12,248 nucleotides of DNA from Chlamydiota bacterium (lineage in GTDB: Bacteria > Auribacterota > JACPWU01), in NCBI GenBank assembly GCA_016196885.1, contig JACPWU010000060.1:1-12248 (forward strand), read 5' to 3'. A model generated the notes under the pieces. The model was not told the DNA's origin. It ran no database searches and saw only the letters and a program-made list of their open reading frames with translations. Shown here one piece after another: positions 1 through 6,246 of the stretch. Every line of letters begins with the position of its first letter. Position 1 is the stretch's first letter. The position numbers were made by a program, and so were the translations under genes.

Positions 1-278
1 CCAGGGGCGGATACGCTTTTCTTTCCTCTGTATAAGGATGTGACGATGTCTATTTGACCTGTGACTTCCATGGAGCCTAATGAAGGGGAATACGGATTGG
101 GGGTGGCACTTAGATTTTGGATTTGAAGCTGGGTGCGGGCTAAGACCTTTTTAGATGAGATTTGTGCTTGGGAAAGAGGGCAGCAAGAAAAAATAAAAAA
201 ACTTGTAAAGAAAAAGAAACGAACAAACCTTCTTTTAGAGAAAGAATCACCGGAAATATACGTGGAGACATCTTTCAT
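1..278 (-). CDS. Partial CDS (5' end only; continues past the window start): predicted secreted protein of unknown function, downstream of the adaptor gene in the same operon
   Basis: Not in the supplied ORF track because it is edge-truncated. A minus-strand ATG at 278..276 opens a frame that stays open to position 1. It translates as MKDVSTYISGDSFSKRRFVRFFFFTSFFIFSCCPLSQAQISSKKVLARTQLQIQNLSATPNPYSPSLGSMEVTGQIDIVTSLYRGKKSVSAP. This has a basic n-region (KRR), a hydrophobic core and an SQA-Q cleavage-like site. The PNPYSP motif is reminiscent of FlgD-Ig/FlgD-like beta-sandwich domains. The ATG lies 27 nt after the adaptor stop codon. There is no obvious SD. Confidence 0.45.
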   Translation of the reverse strand, partial: MKDVSTYISGDSFSKRRFVRFFFFTSFFIFSCCPLSQAQISSKKVLARTQLQIQNLSATPNPYSPSLGSMEVTGQIDIVTSLYRGKKSVSAP

Positions 279-305
279 GAAAACATAATCTTTATCAATT
301 GAGTT

Positions 306-1553
306 CTAAGACTTTTCCCCAATCTCTGCACCCACACCCTTTGGTGCTTCACCACTGGCTTCTTCCTTCTCTGTAATCTTAACCGGGGCACCGTCTTTTA
401 ATTTTACAGGTGTTTCAGTGACGACAAGCTCCCCCTCTGCAATTCCGTCATCAATTTGAATCTCGTCTGTCGCGGTGTAGCCGACTTTAATCGGTCTTTG
501 ATGCGCAACATTCTTGTCATCTACGATAAAAACAAAGGCCTCTTCTCCAGAGGTTTCAACGGCTTTGATGGGAAGGGCAAAGGTGTTTTGTTTGCTGTAC
601 ACAGTGACAAATCCCCGTGTGAACATGCCTGGAACAAGAGGGGCATTTTCATCATTGGGCAATTTTGCTTTGACTGTGAGGGTTCGGCTTTTTCCCTTGA
701 TCATGGGTGTGATGCTGACGATTTCTCCGTCATAAGATTTGTTAGGATACGTATCCACAAAAAATTTGGCGGCCTGTCCTGATTGTAATTTATTGATGTC
801 TTTCTCGACAATACCGATTTTGGCATAGACTTCACTGGTGTCGATCACGCTTACAATATCGCTGTTGGAGGTAACATATTCGCCGGGTTCAGCATCCCGA
901 GCCCCCAGAACGCCATCAATGGGGCTTTTGAGATAAGTTTTACTTAATTCTTCTTTAGAAGACTCCACCTCGATTTTGGCAGCATCATATTCCCTCTGTT
1001 TATTCTCCAGGTCCAATTGAACCTCTTCTATCTTTGCTTTGATAATGGCTCCAATGTCATAAAGTTTTTGATACATTTCCTGTTTTTTCTTGGCAGAACT
1101 AACGCCCGTTTCAGCCACTTCTAACTTTGCCTTGCGGTATTTGACTTTCAAAAGGGCGTCACGATTGTCAAGTCTCGCGATCACATCTCCTTTTCGCACT
1201 CGATCGCCATCTTGAAAATTATAAAATTCAATGATCCCAGGCACTTCAAACTTCAAATCAATTTCAGAAAGGCCTTCAATGCTTCCCAAAACAGGCAAAA
1301 GGTCCTGAAAATCTGCCTTTTGCGCCTTGGTGACTTTCACATCTACAGGTTCTTGTTCCTCTTTGGGGGCTTCCTTCTGGGATTCTTCTTTTGGCTTTTC
1401 TTTTTCCCCTTCCGGTTTTACCTCCGTTGTTTTCTTTCCAAAAATTTTGTCTTTAATTTGCGTAAAAACTTTAAATTTAACCTGTGCGACAATGATGACA
1501 AGACCCAGCACGACAATCAAAATGGTTCGTGCGAGACGAGATTGTTTAGCCAT
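306..1553 (-). CDS. Efflux transporter periplasmic adaptor subunit (membrane fusion protein, HlyD/RND-MFP family)
   Basis: 415-aa ORF with the expected parts. It has an N-terminal TM anchor (LARTILIVVLGLVIIVAQV) and a K/E/P-rich linker. A lipoyl-like motif follows (GIIEFYNFQDGDRVRKGDVIARLD), then a long coiled-coil hairpin segment, a second lipoyl half (SPIDGVLG...AEPGEYV) and beta-barrel/MP-proximal segments. AAGGAG (1566..1561) lies 7 nt upstream of the ATG. Confidence 0.85.
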   Translation of the reverse strand: MAKQSRLARTILIVVLGLVIIVAQVKFKVFTQIKDKIFGKKTTEVKPEGEKEKPKEESQKEAPKEEQEPVDVKVTKAQKADFQDLLPVLGSIEGLSEIDLKFEVPGIIEFYNFQDGDRVRKGDVIARLDNRDALLKVKYRKAKLEVAETGVSSAKKKQEMYQKLYDIGAIIKAKIEEVQLDLENKQREYDAAKIEVESSKEELSKTYLKSPIDGVLGARDAEPGEYVTSNSDIVSVIDTSEVYAKIGIVEKDINKLQSGQAAKFFVDTYPNKSYDGEIVSITPMIKGKSRTLTVKAKLPNDENAPLVPGMFTRGFVTVYSKQNTFALPIKAVETSGEEAFVFIVDDKNVAHQRPIKVGYTATDEIQIDDGIAEGELVVTETPVKLKDGAPVKITEKEEASGEAPKGVGAEIGEKS

Positions 1554-1566
1554 TTGGAGACTCCTT

Positions 1567-1655
1567 TTATAAGTTTTAAGTTGTAAGTTTTAAGTTGTAA
1601 GTAAAAAAATAAACTCCTTTAAAACTTAGAACTTAAAACTTATAACTTAGAACTG
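1567..1655. repeat. Heptamer-periodic palindromic intergenic element, TAAGTTN family, copy 1 (long imperfect hairpin)
   Basis: TAAG recurs at 1570, 1577, 1584, 1591 and 1598, an exact 7-nt spacing. The complementary CTTA recurs at 1625, 1632, 1639 and 1646. The arms pair over about 26 nt with 2 mismatches. The loop contains CTCCTT, which reads AAGGAG on the transcribed minus strand. The right arm covers the last four codons and the stop codon of the TolC-like gene. Confidence 0.85.
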
Positions 1656-3808
1656 CTTTTTATTTTCTTCTTCGCTCTTTCTAAATAAATCTGTACACGA
1701 CGGTTTTGAGGATCTAATTCGAGCGCCTTGTTCCAAGCCTCGATGGCTTCTTCGTATTTTTCTTCCTGATAGAGAACCTCTCCTTTTTTGATCCATCCGT
1801 CGACATCGAGAGTCTCATTTGATTGAGATCCAGTGGATGCTTTTCCGGAAATGGTTTTAGGAGATGTCGTACTTTTAGAAGAATCCCAGAATTGCCACCA
1901 GGGTTTGTCTCCCTGTAGACGGCGAATCACGTCTTGATAGCCTGCGGTGCTGGGGAGAGAGCCGACATCTCCAGGATTGTTAATGTAGGTTCGCCAAGCA
2001 TCAACGGGGGCGACTTCCTCTTGAAGCCCTCGCTTTAAGTCAAAATAATCTGTTAGACCCACGGTCTTATTCAAGTTGGCCACCGCCGTGTAATAACCTG
2101 TGAGAGATTGCCCGTAATCCGATTGGGCCCTTGAATATTTGTCTCGGGAATCCAAAAGTTCTGAATCGAGAACTTCATTCAGCTCAAATCTTGCTTCGGA
2201 CACCCGCATCTCTTTTTGAGCCACTTTTAATTTATCAGAATTGTTCTCGAGTTGTTGAGCGGCCTTGATGTATTCGTAATAATTTTTCTTCACTTCAAAA
2301 ATAATAGAATTACGTTTTTTAACGTATTCATCAATGGCTTTTAAATATTTAATATCGGCCTCTTTGATATCAATCTTGGCCGTGTTGTTCCAAAAATACC
2401 ATTTGAGGGTATTGCTCTGAAATTCCGTAGCCGTGGTTTGTCCCACGCTAGGGACTTTGTCTTGGGCAATGAAATTGTCTTCTAAGGTACTTGAACCAAA
2501 GGCCTTGTTGACTTTAACGCCTACAAACCATTCTTTTTCCAACTCTATATCTTCCGTAATGAAGGCCTCATCATTTAATCCTGCACTGCCTTCCAAACTC
2601 ACATTCCATTTGTATTCGCTCCTCGCAATTTTCTGACCCGCTTGATTGTATTCAATGAGAAGTTCATCCACGATGAGGTCGGATCTATTTTTGAAAGCCA
2701 GTTCAGTACATTGTTCTAAAGTTGTTTCCAGGCGATAGGGGCCCAGCACAGACCGGATGGTGAAGGGGGCTTCTTGATGGGTATCGAGGATTTGAGTCAT
2801 GGTGAGCTGGGCCAAAATCAAATCCTTTTCGGCAGCCTCTTTGCGGTAACGGATTTCACCCACCTTGGTTTTGGACTTCAACCATTCTAGTTCTGTGGCC
2901 AATTCCATTTTGTATTTTTGCTCTGTGATGTGAAGGTCTTTTTGAGCTTTTTCATGAAGTGCGTGCAAATCTTGAACGTCTTTGAGTGCATTGGTTAAAA
3001 TAAAATAAGCTTGCTCCACTTTGAAATCGAGTTCAGACACCTCTTTTTGAAGATTGCGCTTGGCAATTTCCCAATTGGTCTTGGCTTGAAGGTAGAGGGC
3101 CTTGTTTTTGCCCCAGGTGAGGAGAGGCTTTTGAACTTCCAAAGTGATTTCTCGTCCCGTAAAATCTTGACCCGTGGTCGTTCCGCGTGTTTCCTTCCAG
3201 AAGGCATCTACGGAGGGCCACAGGGCCCGCCTGGCAGGGGTTATTTTGGCTTGAGCGAGGGTTGCCTCCTCCCGTGCGATTTTGACAGAGAGGCTGTTGG
3301 CTCGGGCGATCATAATGCATTGCTCTAAAGTGAGAGGGGTGCCTGAACCTGGCAGTGGCTCATTTTCAGCACTTGGATAGTCGAACATCTTTTCTATGTT
3401 TCCAGGGTTAGAGGATACGGGTGATGGGGGGGGGGTTTGTGGGGCGGCTTTTGCTTTTTCTTCTTGGATAAGCATTTCTTCCATGTTCGGAACTCTTTGA
3501 AGAATAGAATCCAGAAGCCTTAAAATCTCTTTATTTTTTGGATCGACGAGAAGGGCTTTTTTGAGTTCTATATAAGCTGTTTTATAATCTCCTTTTCGGG
3601 CAGCCATCTTTCCCACGCGGAGCTGATTTTTTACGTAGGTTTTTTGTTCAGGTGTAAGAGGGGAGGACGAGGAAGCGTCTGAAGCGGGAGAAAGACTTTC
3701 ATTTGAGGAGGCCCCTAATAAATTTTCAGAAGGAAAAAAAGTCAAAGTGAAAGAGGAAAGGGTCAGGAAAAGAATCAAGACCCGTCCGAAGGTTAGAAAA
3801 TATTTCAA
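1640..3808 (-). CDS. TolC-family outer membrane efflux protein with TPR motifs at both termini
   Basis: The central region of about 430 aa has the duplicated outer-membrane-efflux-protein architecture (LTLEQCIMIARANSLSVKIAREE...; second half TLEQCTELAFKNRSDLIVDE...). The N-terminal segment KGDYKTAYIELKKALLVDPKN and the C-terminal segment EEKYEEAIEAWNKALELDPQN are TPR-like. The track ORF starts at a GTG at 3823. I prefer the TTG at 3808, which sits 7 nt after GGAGGA and gives a canonical signal peptide, MKYFLTFGRVLILFLTLSSFTLTFF. Confidence 0.8.
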   Translation of the reverse strand: MKYFLTFGRVLILFLTLSSFTLTFFPSENLLGASSNESLSPASDASSSSPLTPEQKTYVKNQLRVGKMAARKGDYKTAYIELKKALLVDPKNKEILRLLDSILQRVPNMEEMLIQEEKAKAAPQTPPPSPVSSNPGNIEKMFDYPSAENEPLPGSGTPLTLEQCIMIARANSLSVKIAREEATLAQAKITPARRALWPSVDAFWKETRGTTTGQDFTGREITLEVQKPLLTWGKNKALYLQAKTNWEIAKRNLQKEVSELDFKVEQAYFILTNALKDVQDLHALHEKAQKDLHITEQKYKMELATELEWLKSKTKVGEIRYRKEAAEKDLILAQLTMTQILDTHQEAPFTIRSVLGPYRLETTLEQCTELAFKNRSDLIVDELLIEYNQAGQKIARSEYKWNVSLEGSAGLNDEAFITEDIELEKEWFVGVKVNKAFGSSTLEDNFIAQDKVPSVGQTTATEFQSNTLKWYFWNNTAKIDIKEADIKYLKAIDEYVKKRNSIIFEVKKNYYEYIKAAQQLENNSDKLKVAQKEMRVSEARFELNEVLDSELLDSRDKYSRAQSDYGQSLTGYYTAVANLNKTVGLTDYFDLKRGLQEEVAPVDAWRTYINNPGDVGSLPSTAGYQDVIRRLQGDKPWWQFWDSSKSTTSPKTISGKASTGSQSNETLDVDGWIKKGEVLYQEEKYEEAIEAWNKALELDPQNRRVQIYLERAKKKIKSSSKL

Positions 3809-3844
3809 GTGCTGCTCCTCCACCCGGCGGCTTTATGTACATGA

Positions 3845-3967
3845 GACCTCTGAAAAAGGCCCATCTGACAACGCTTCCTGCTTCGCTCAGTCGTGCGGCG
3901 TACTGGAGAACGTACGCCTCCTCCCTCGCTCGCAGGCGCCTCGCATCTGGGACCTTTTTGAGAGGTC
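3845..3967. repeat. Structured dispersed repeat, copy A (123 bp; 18-19-nt terminal inverted arms plus a conserved apical hairpin)
   Basis: Collinear with 10804-10924, with most positions identical by eye. The outer arms are GACCTCTGAAAAAGGCCC and GGGACCTTTTTGAGAGGTC. The apical hairpin is GGCGTAC-tggagaac-GTACGCC (3897-3918). CATCTG is directly repeated just inside both arms. The element lies between the divergent TolC-like and hypothetical genes. Confidence 0.8.
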
Positions 3968-4028
3968 TCTAGAAGTAGGGGTTTTTCAGAGGCTTCGTAC
4001 ATATATGTATGCAAAAAATAATGCGCCC

Positions 4029-4057
4029 ATGCTAGTACATAAATCCTTCTGTGTCAA
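4029..4057 (-). promoter_or_regulatory. Candidate sigma70-type promoter for the TolC-like/adaptor operon
   Basis: The minus strand reads TTGACA (4057..4052), a 17-nt spacer, then TAGCAT (4034..4029). This implies a leader of about 200 nt containing repeat copy A. Motif match only. Confidence 0.4.
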
Positions 4058-4078
4058 CGGTATTTTTGGGTTTTTCAC

Positions 4079-4107
4079 TTGACACTCTTCCATCCCCATG
4101 TTATGTT
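4079..4107 (+). promoter_or_regulatory. Candidate sigma70-type promoter (extended -10) for the 4141-4614 gene and possibly the HU/IHF gene
   Basis: TTGACA (4079-4084), a 17-nt spacer, then TATGTT (4102-4107), with TG at 4099-4100 in the extended -10 position. It sits back-to-back with the minus-strand promoter, with 21 bp between the two -35 boxes. Confidence 0.45.
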
Positions 4108-4140
4108 CAAAACAAAGAGTTTTATTGTGAGGGGATCATC

Positions 4141-4614
4141 TTGGGCCAAAGGAACTTAGAGCTAAAAATTGAAATGCTCGAAAGTTTCATGAATTTATGG
4201 AAAAAGCTTCATGACATCTTAGATTCTCTTTTGAAAGATCATCAAGCGACAGAAGAGATGGAGCGGAATTTCCTGAGTGTCAAGGCTGAGATTGCCCGTC
4301 AGCATGCCAGACTCAGTGAAGATCTCGGGCTGGACGCTCATTTTGCAGATGAGGTGATGGGGATGCTGAGCCAGATGATTTCTCTCAAAGATTATCTTAC
4401 CCTTTCTGCCACGCAGACGCGAAGAATCGAGTCCCAATGGCATCATCTCTTCATTCTCATGCATGGTCAATTAGGAAAATATCAAGCCCATCAAGAAAAG
4501 AAGAGTTCTGGAAAGTGGCTCTTGCGAATTTTAAAAAATCCATGGGTGGTTTTGACGTTGGGGGTACTTGTCTTGGTGGGAATTTATTTTGTGGGACAGA
4601 GGATATTGCATTAA
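4141..4614 (+). CDS. Hypothetical alpha-helical protein with a C-terminal transmembrane anchor
   Basis: The track ORF begins at a GTG at 4051, which would place the predicted promoter inside the CDS. An in-frame TTG at 4141 follows GAGGGG (4129-4134) by 6 nt. An in-frame ATG at 4174 is the alternative start. The C-terminus WVVLTLGVLVLVGIYFVG is a single TM segment. I recognise no family. Confidence 0.55.
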   Translation: MGQRNLELKIEMLESFMNLWKKLHDILDSLLKDHQATEEMERNFLSVKAEIARQHARLSEDLGLDAHFADEVMGMLSQMISLKDYLTLSATQTRRIESQWHHLFILMHGQLGKYQAHQEKKSSGKWLLRILKNPWVVLTLGVLVLVGIYFVGQRILH

Positions 4615-4617
4615 AAA

Positions 4618-4707
4618 CAGTTATAAGTTGTAAGTTTTAAGTTCTAAGTTTTTAAAGGAGTTTATTCTTTTGTTTACTTATAACTTGCGACTTAAAACTT
4701 ACAACTG
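4618..4707. repeat. Heptamer-periodic palindromic intergenic element, TAAGTTN family, copy 2
   Basis: TAAG recurs at 4624, 4631, 4638 and 4645. CTTA/CTTG recurs at 4677, 4684, 4691 and 4698. At least 17 contiguous bp can pair in one register and 26/32 in another. The core TAAGTTTTAAGTTCTAAGTTTT(T)AAAGGAGTTTATT matches the reverse complement of copy 1, apart from one extra T in a T run. Confidence 0.85.
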
Positions 4708-4727
4708 TGTTTAAAAGGAGGCTTGAA

Positions 4728-5051
4728 ATGACAAAGCGAGATTTGGCCATTCGCATTGCCAATGAGACAGGGGTTCCCCAAATTGCCGTCAAGGAGGTGA
4801 TTCAAAAAACACTGGACTATATCATTGAGAGTTTGGGTAAGAACGATAAGATTGAGCTGAGAAATTTTGGTGTCTTCATGGTGAAGCATCGAGATGCCCG
4901 AGTGGGAAGAAATCCCAACAAGCCCGAGCAAGAAGTTCAGATTCCCGCGAAGAATGTACCTTATTTTAAGCCTGGAAAAGAAATGAAGAAAATTGTTGAG
5001 ACGTTTCTGAATCAGCACCTGAATGCGCCAACGCCTCCGGCAGCTGCGTAA
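4728..5051 (+). CDS. HU/IHF-family nucleoid-associated DNA-binding protein
   Basis: MTKRDLAIRIANETG...IELRNFGVFMVKHRDARVGRNPNKPEQEVQIPAKNVPYFKPGKEMKK matches the bacterial histone-like fold and the arm signature GRNP-x-IPA-x-FKPGK. AAGGAG (4715-4720) lies 7 nt before the ATG at 4728, so the track's GTG at 4707 is rejected as the start. I cannot tell from sequence alone whether this is an IHF subunit or HU. Confidence 0.9.
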   Translation: MTKRDLAIRIANETGVPQIAVKEVIQKTLDYIIESLGKNDKIELRNFGVFMVKHRDARVGRNPNKPEQEVQIPAKNVPYFKPGKEMKKIVETFLNQHLNAPTPPAAA

Positions 5052-5055
5052 AGAT

Positions 5056-5147
5056 TGGTGAGTGGTTATTGGTGAGTGGTAAGTAGAGAGCAAAAGCCTT
5101 AAAAATATATTTCTCACCACTCACCACTCACCAATAACCTCTCACTT
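5056..5147. repeat. Heptamer-periodic palindromic element, TGGTGAG family, between convergent genes (possible bidirectional 3' hairpin)
   Basis: The left arm is five heptamers: TGGTGAG TGGTTAT TGGTGAG TGGTAAG TAGAGAG (5056-5090). A 22-nt A/T-rich loop follows. The right arm is CTCACCA x3 then ATAACCT CTCACTT (5113-5147). Arms 5058-5090 and 5113-5145 pair at 29 of 33 positions. No U tract follows on either strand. Confidence 0.8.
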
Positions 5148-5151
5148 ATCC

Positions 5152-6234
5152 TCACCCGCATTGCGCTCTCTGTAGCAAATAATGATCCACCAAAACAAGT
5201 GCCATCATCGCTTCTACCATCGGAACGGCTCTGGGGAGCACACAAGGGTCATGTCGTCCTGGAGCTGAGAGAAGTGTTTGATCACCTTCCGATGTGACTG
5301 TTTCCTGGATTTGACGAATGGTGGCCGTGGGTTTAAAGGCCACTCGAATCACAATATCCTCGCCATTTGAAATGCCGCCTTGCACGCCTCCTGATCGATT
5401 GGTTTTAGTTCGAACCTTGCCTTCTTCCATATAGAAGGCGTCATTGTGCTGGGATCCTGTCATCAAAGTTCCTTCAAAGCCTGAGCCAATCTCATAGCCC
5501 TTGGTCGCAGGTAAGCTCATCACGGCCTTGGCCAATTCTGCTTCCAGTTTGTCAAAGACTGGATTTCCGAGCCCCACAGGAACTCCTTGGGCGATGGCCT
5601 CAATGATTCCTCCCAAGGAATCACCTTTCTTGCGAGTGTCTTCAATCAGCTGAATCATTTTTTCGGCCGTGGCAGGATCGGGACATCGGACGATGTTAGA
5701 CTCGATTTTTTCATGGGTGAGAAAGGTGGTATCCATCGAACAAGCAATGGAGTGAATTTGTTTTACATAAGCAAGAATTTTCACACCGCACTTTTCTTTT
5801 AAAATTTTTTTTGCTAGAGCCCCTGCGGCCACACGGCCCACGGTTTCTCGAGCGCTAGACCGGCCGCCCCCTTGCCAATTTCGAATCCCATACTTTTGTT
5901 GATAGGTGTAGTCCGCATGGCTGGGGCGAAATGTTTCTTTAAAGGGTGCGTAGTCTTCTGCTTTTGTATCTTTGTTAAGGACCATCATGGAAATAGGCGT
6001 GCCTAATGTCATTCCCTCAAAAACACCCGATAAAATTTGAACGCGGTCTTCCTCCTGACGAGGCGTCGTAATACGGCTTTGACCGGGCCGGCGACGGTCC
6101 AACTCATATTGAATTTCATCCGCTGAAATGGGAATGCGCGGCGGGCAGCCGTCAATGACCACACCGACTCCGCCTCCATGGGATTCACCCCAGGTCGTAA
6201 TTCTAAAAAGATGTCCGAAAGAATTTCCGCTCAT
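5152..6234 (-). CDS. aroC: Chorismate synthase
   Basis: 360 aa. The N-terminus [30 protein letters not shown] and the motifs [17 protein letters not shown] and RPSHADYTY...[10 protein letters not shown] are hallmark chorismate synthase signatures. The length is typical of the family. Confidence 0.95.
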   Translation of the reverse strand: MSGNSFGHLFRITTWGESHGGGVGVVIDGCPPRIPISADEIQYELDRRRPGQSRITTPRQEEDRVQILSGVFEGMTLGTPISMMVLNKDTKAEDYAPFKETFRPSHADYTYQQKYGIRNWQGGGRSSARETVGRVAAGALAKKILKEKCGVKILAYVKQIHSIACSMDTTFLTHEKIESNIVRCPDPATAEKMIQLIEDTRKKGDSLGGIIEAIAQGVPVGLGNPVFDKLEAELAKAVMSLPATKGYEIGSGFEGTLMTGSQHNDAFYMEEGKVRTKTNRSGGVQGGISNGEDIVIRVAFKPTATIRQIQETVTSEGDQTLLSAPGRHDPCVLPRAVPMVEAMMALVLVDHYLLQRAQCG

Positions 6235-6246
6235 TTAGATACCGTT

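Noticed and set aside
3845-3967. The 121-123-bp repeat as a MITE or transposon remnant
   Set aside because: It has terminal inverted arms, but I see no target-site duplication at either copy (flanks atga/tcta and gcgc/ttaa). There is no transposase nearby, and the arms covary between copies rather than being conserved as transposase-binding ends. This is not excluded, but it is unsupported.
3747-4082. Plus-strand 111-aa ORF and minus-strand 69-aa ORF (3805-4014) crossing repeat copy A
   Set aside because: The sequence is conserved with copy B at the nucleotide level, with compensatory stem changes. The ORF crossing copy B (10468-10863, minus strand) covers only part of the element, and most of it is antisense to cysM. 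The translations are low-complexity. These are spurious ORFs over a structured repeat.
4051-4140. GTG-initiated N-terminal extension of the 187-aa ORF
   Set aside because: It would contain the TTGACA-17-TATGTT promoter and has no SD. An SD-preceded TTG at 4141, or the ATG at 4174, is a better start.
4670-4714. 14-codon ORF (TTG start, MFTYNLRLKTYNCV) following the loop AAGGAG of TAAGTTN copy 2, as a possible leader peptide
   Set aside because: The homologous position in copy 1 has no start codon after the loop AAGGAG, so the ORF is not a conserved property of the element.
5056-5147. Calling the long hairpins (here and at 1567-1655 and 4618-4707) canonical Rho-independent terminators
   Set aside because: None is followed by a U-rich tract on the transcribed strand, and two lie inside apparent operons directly upstream of an SD. 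I annotated them as repeats, with a terminator or stabiliser role left as a hypothesis.
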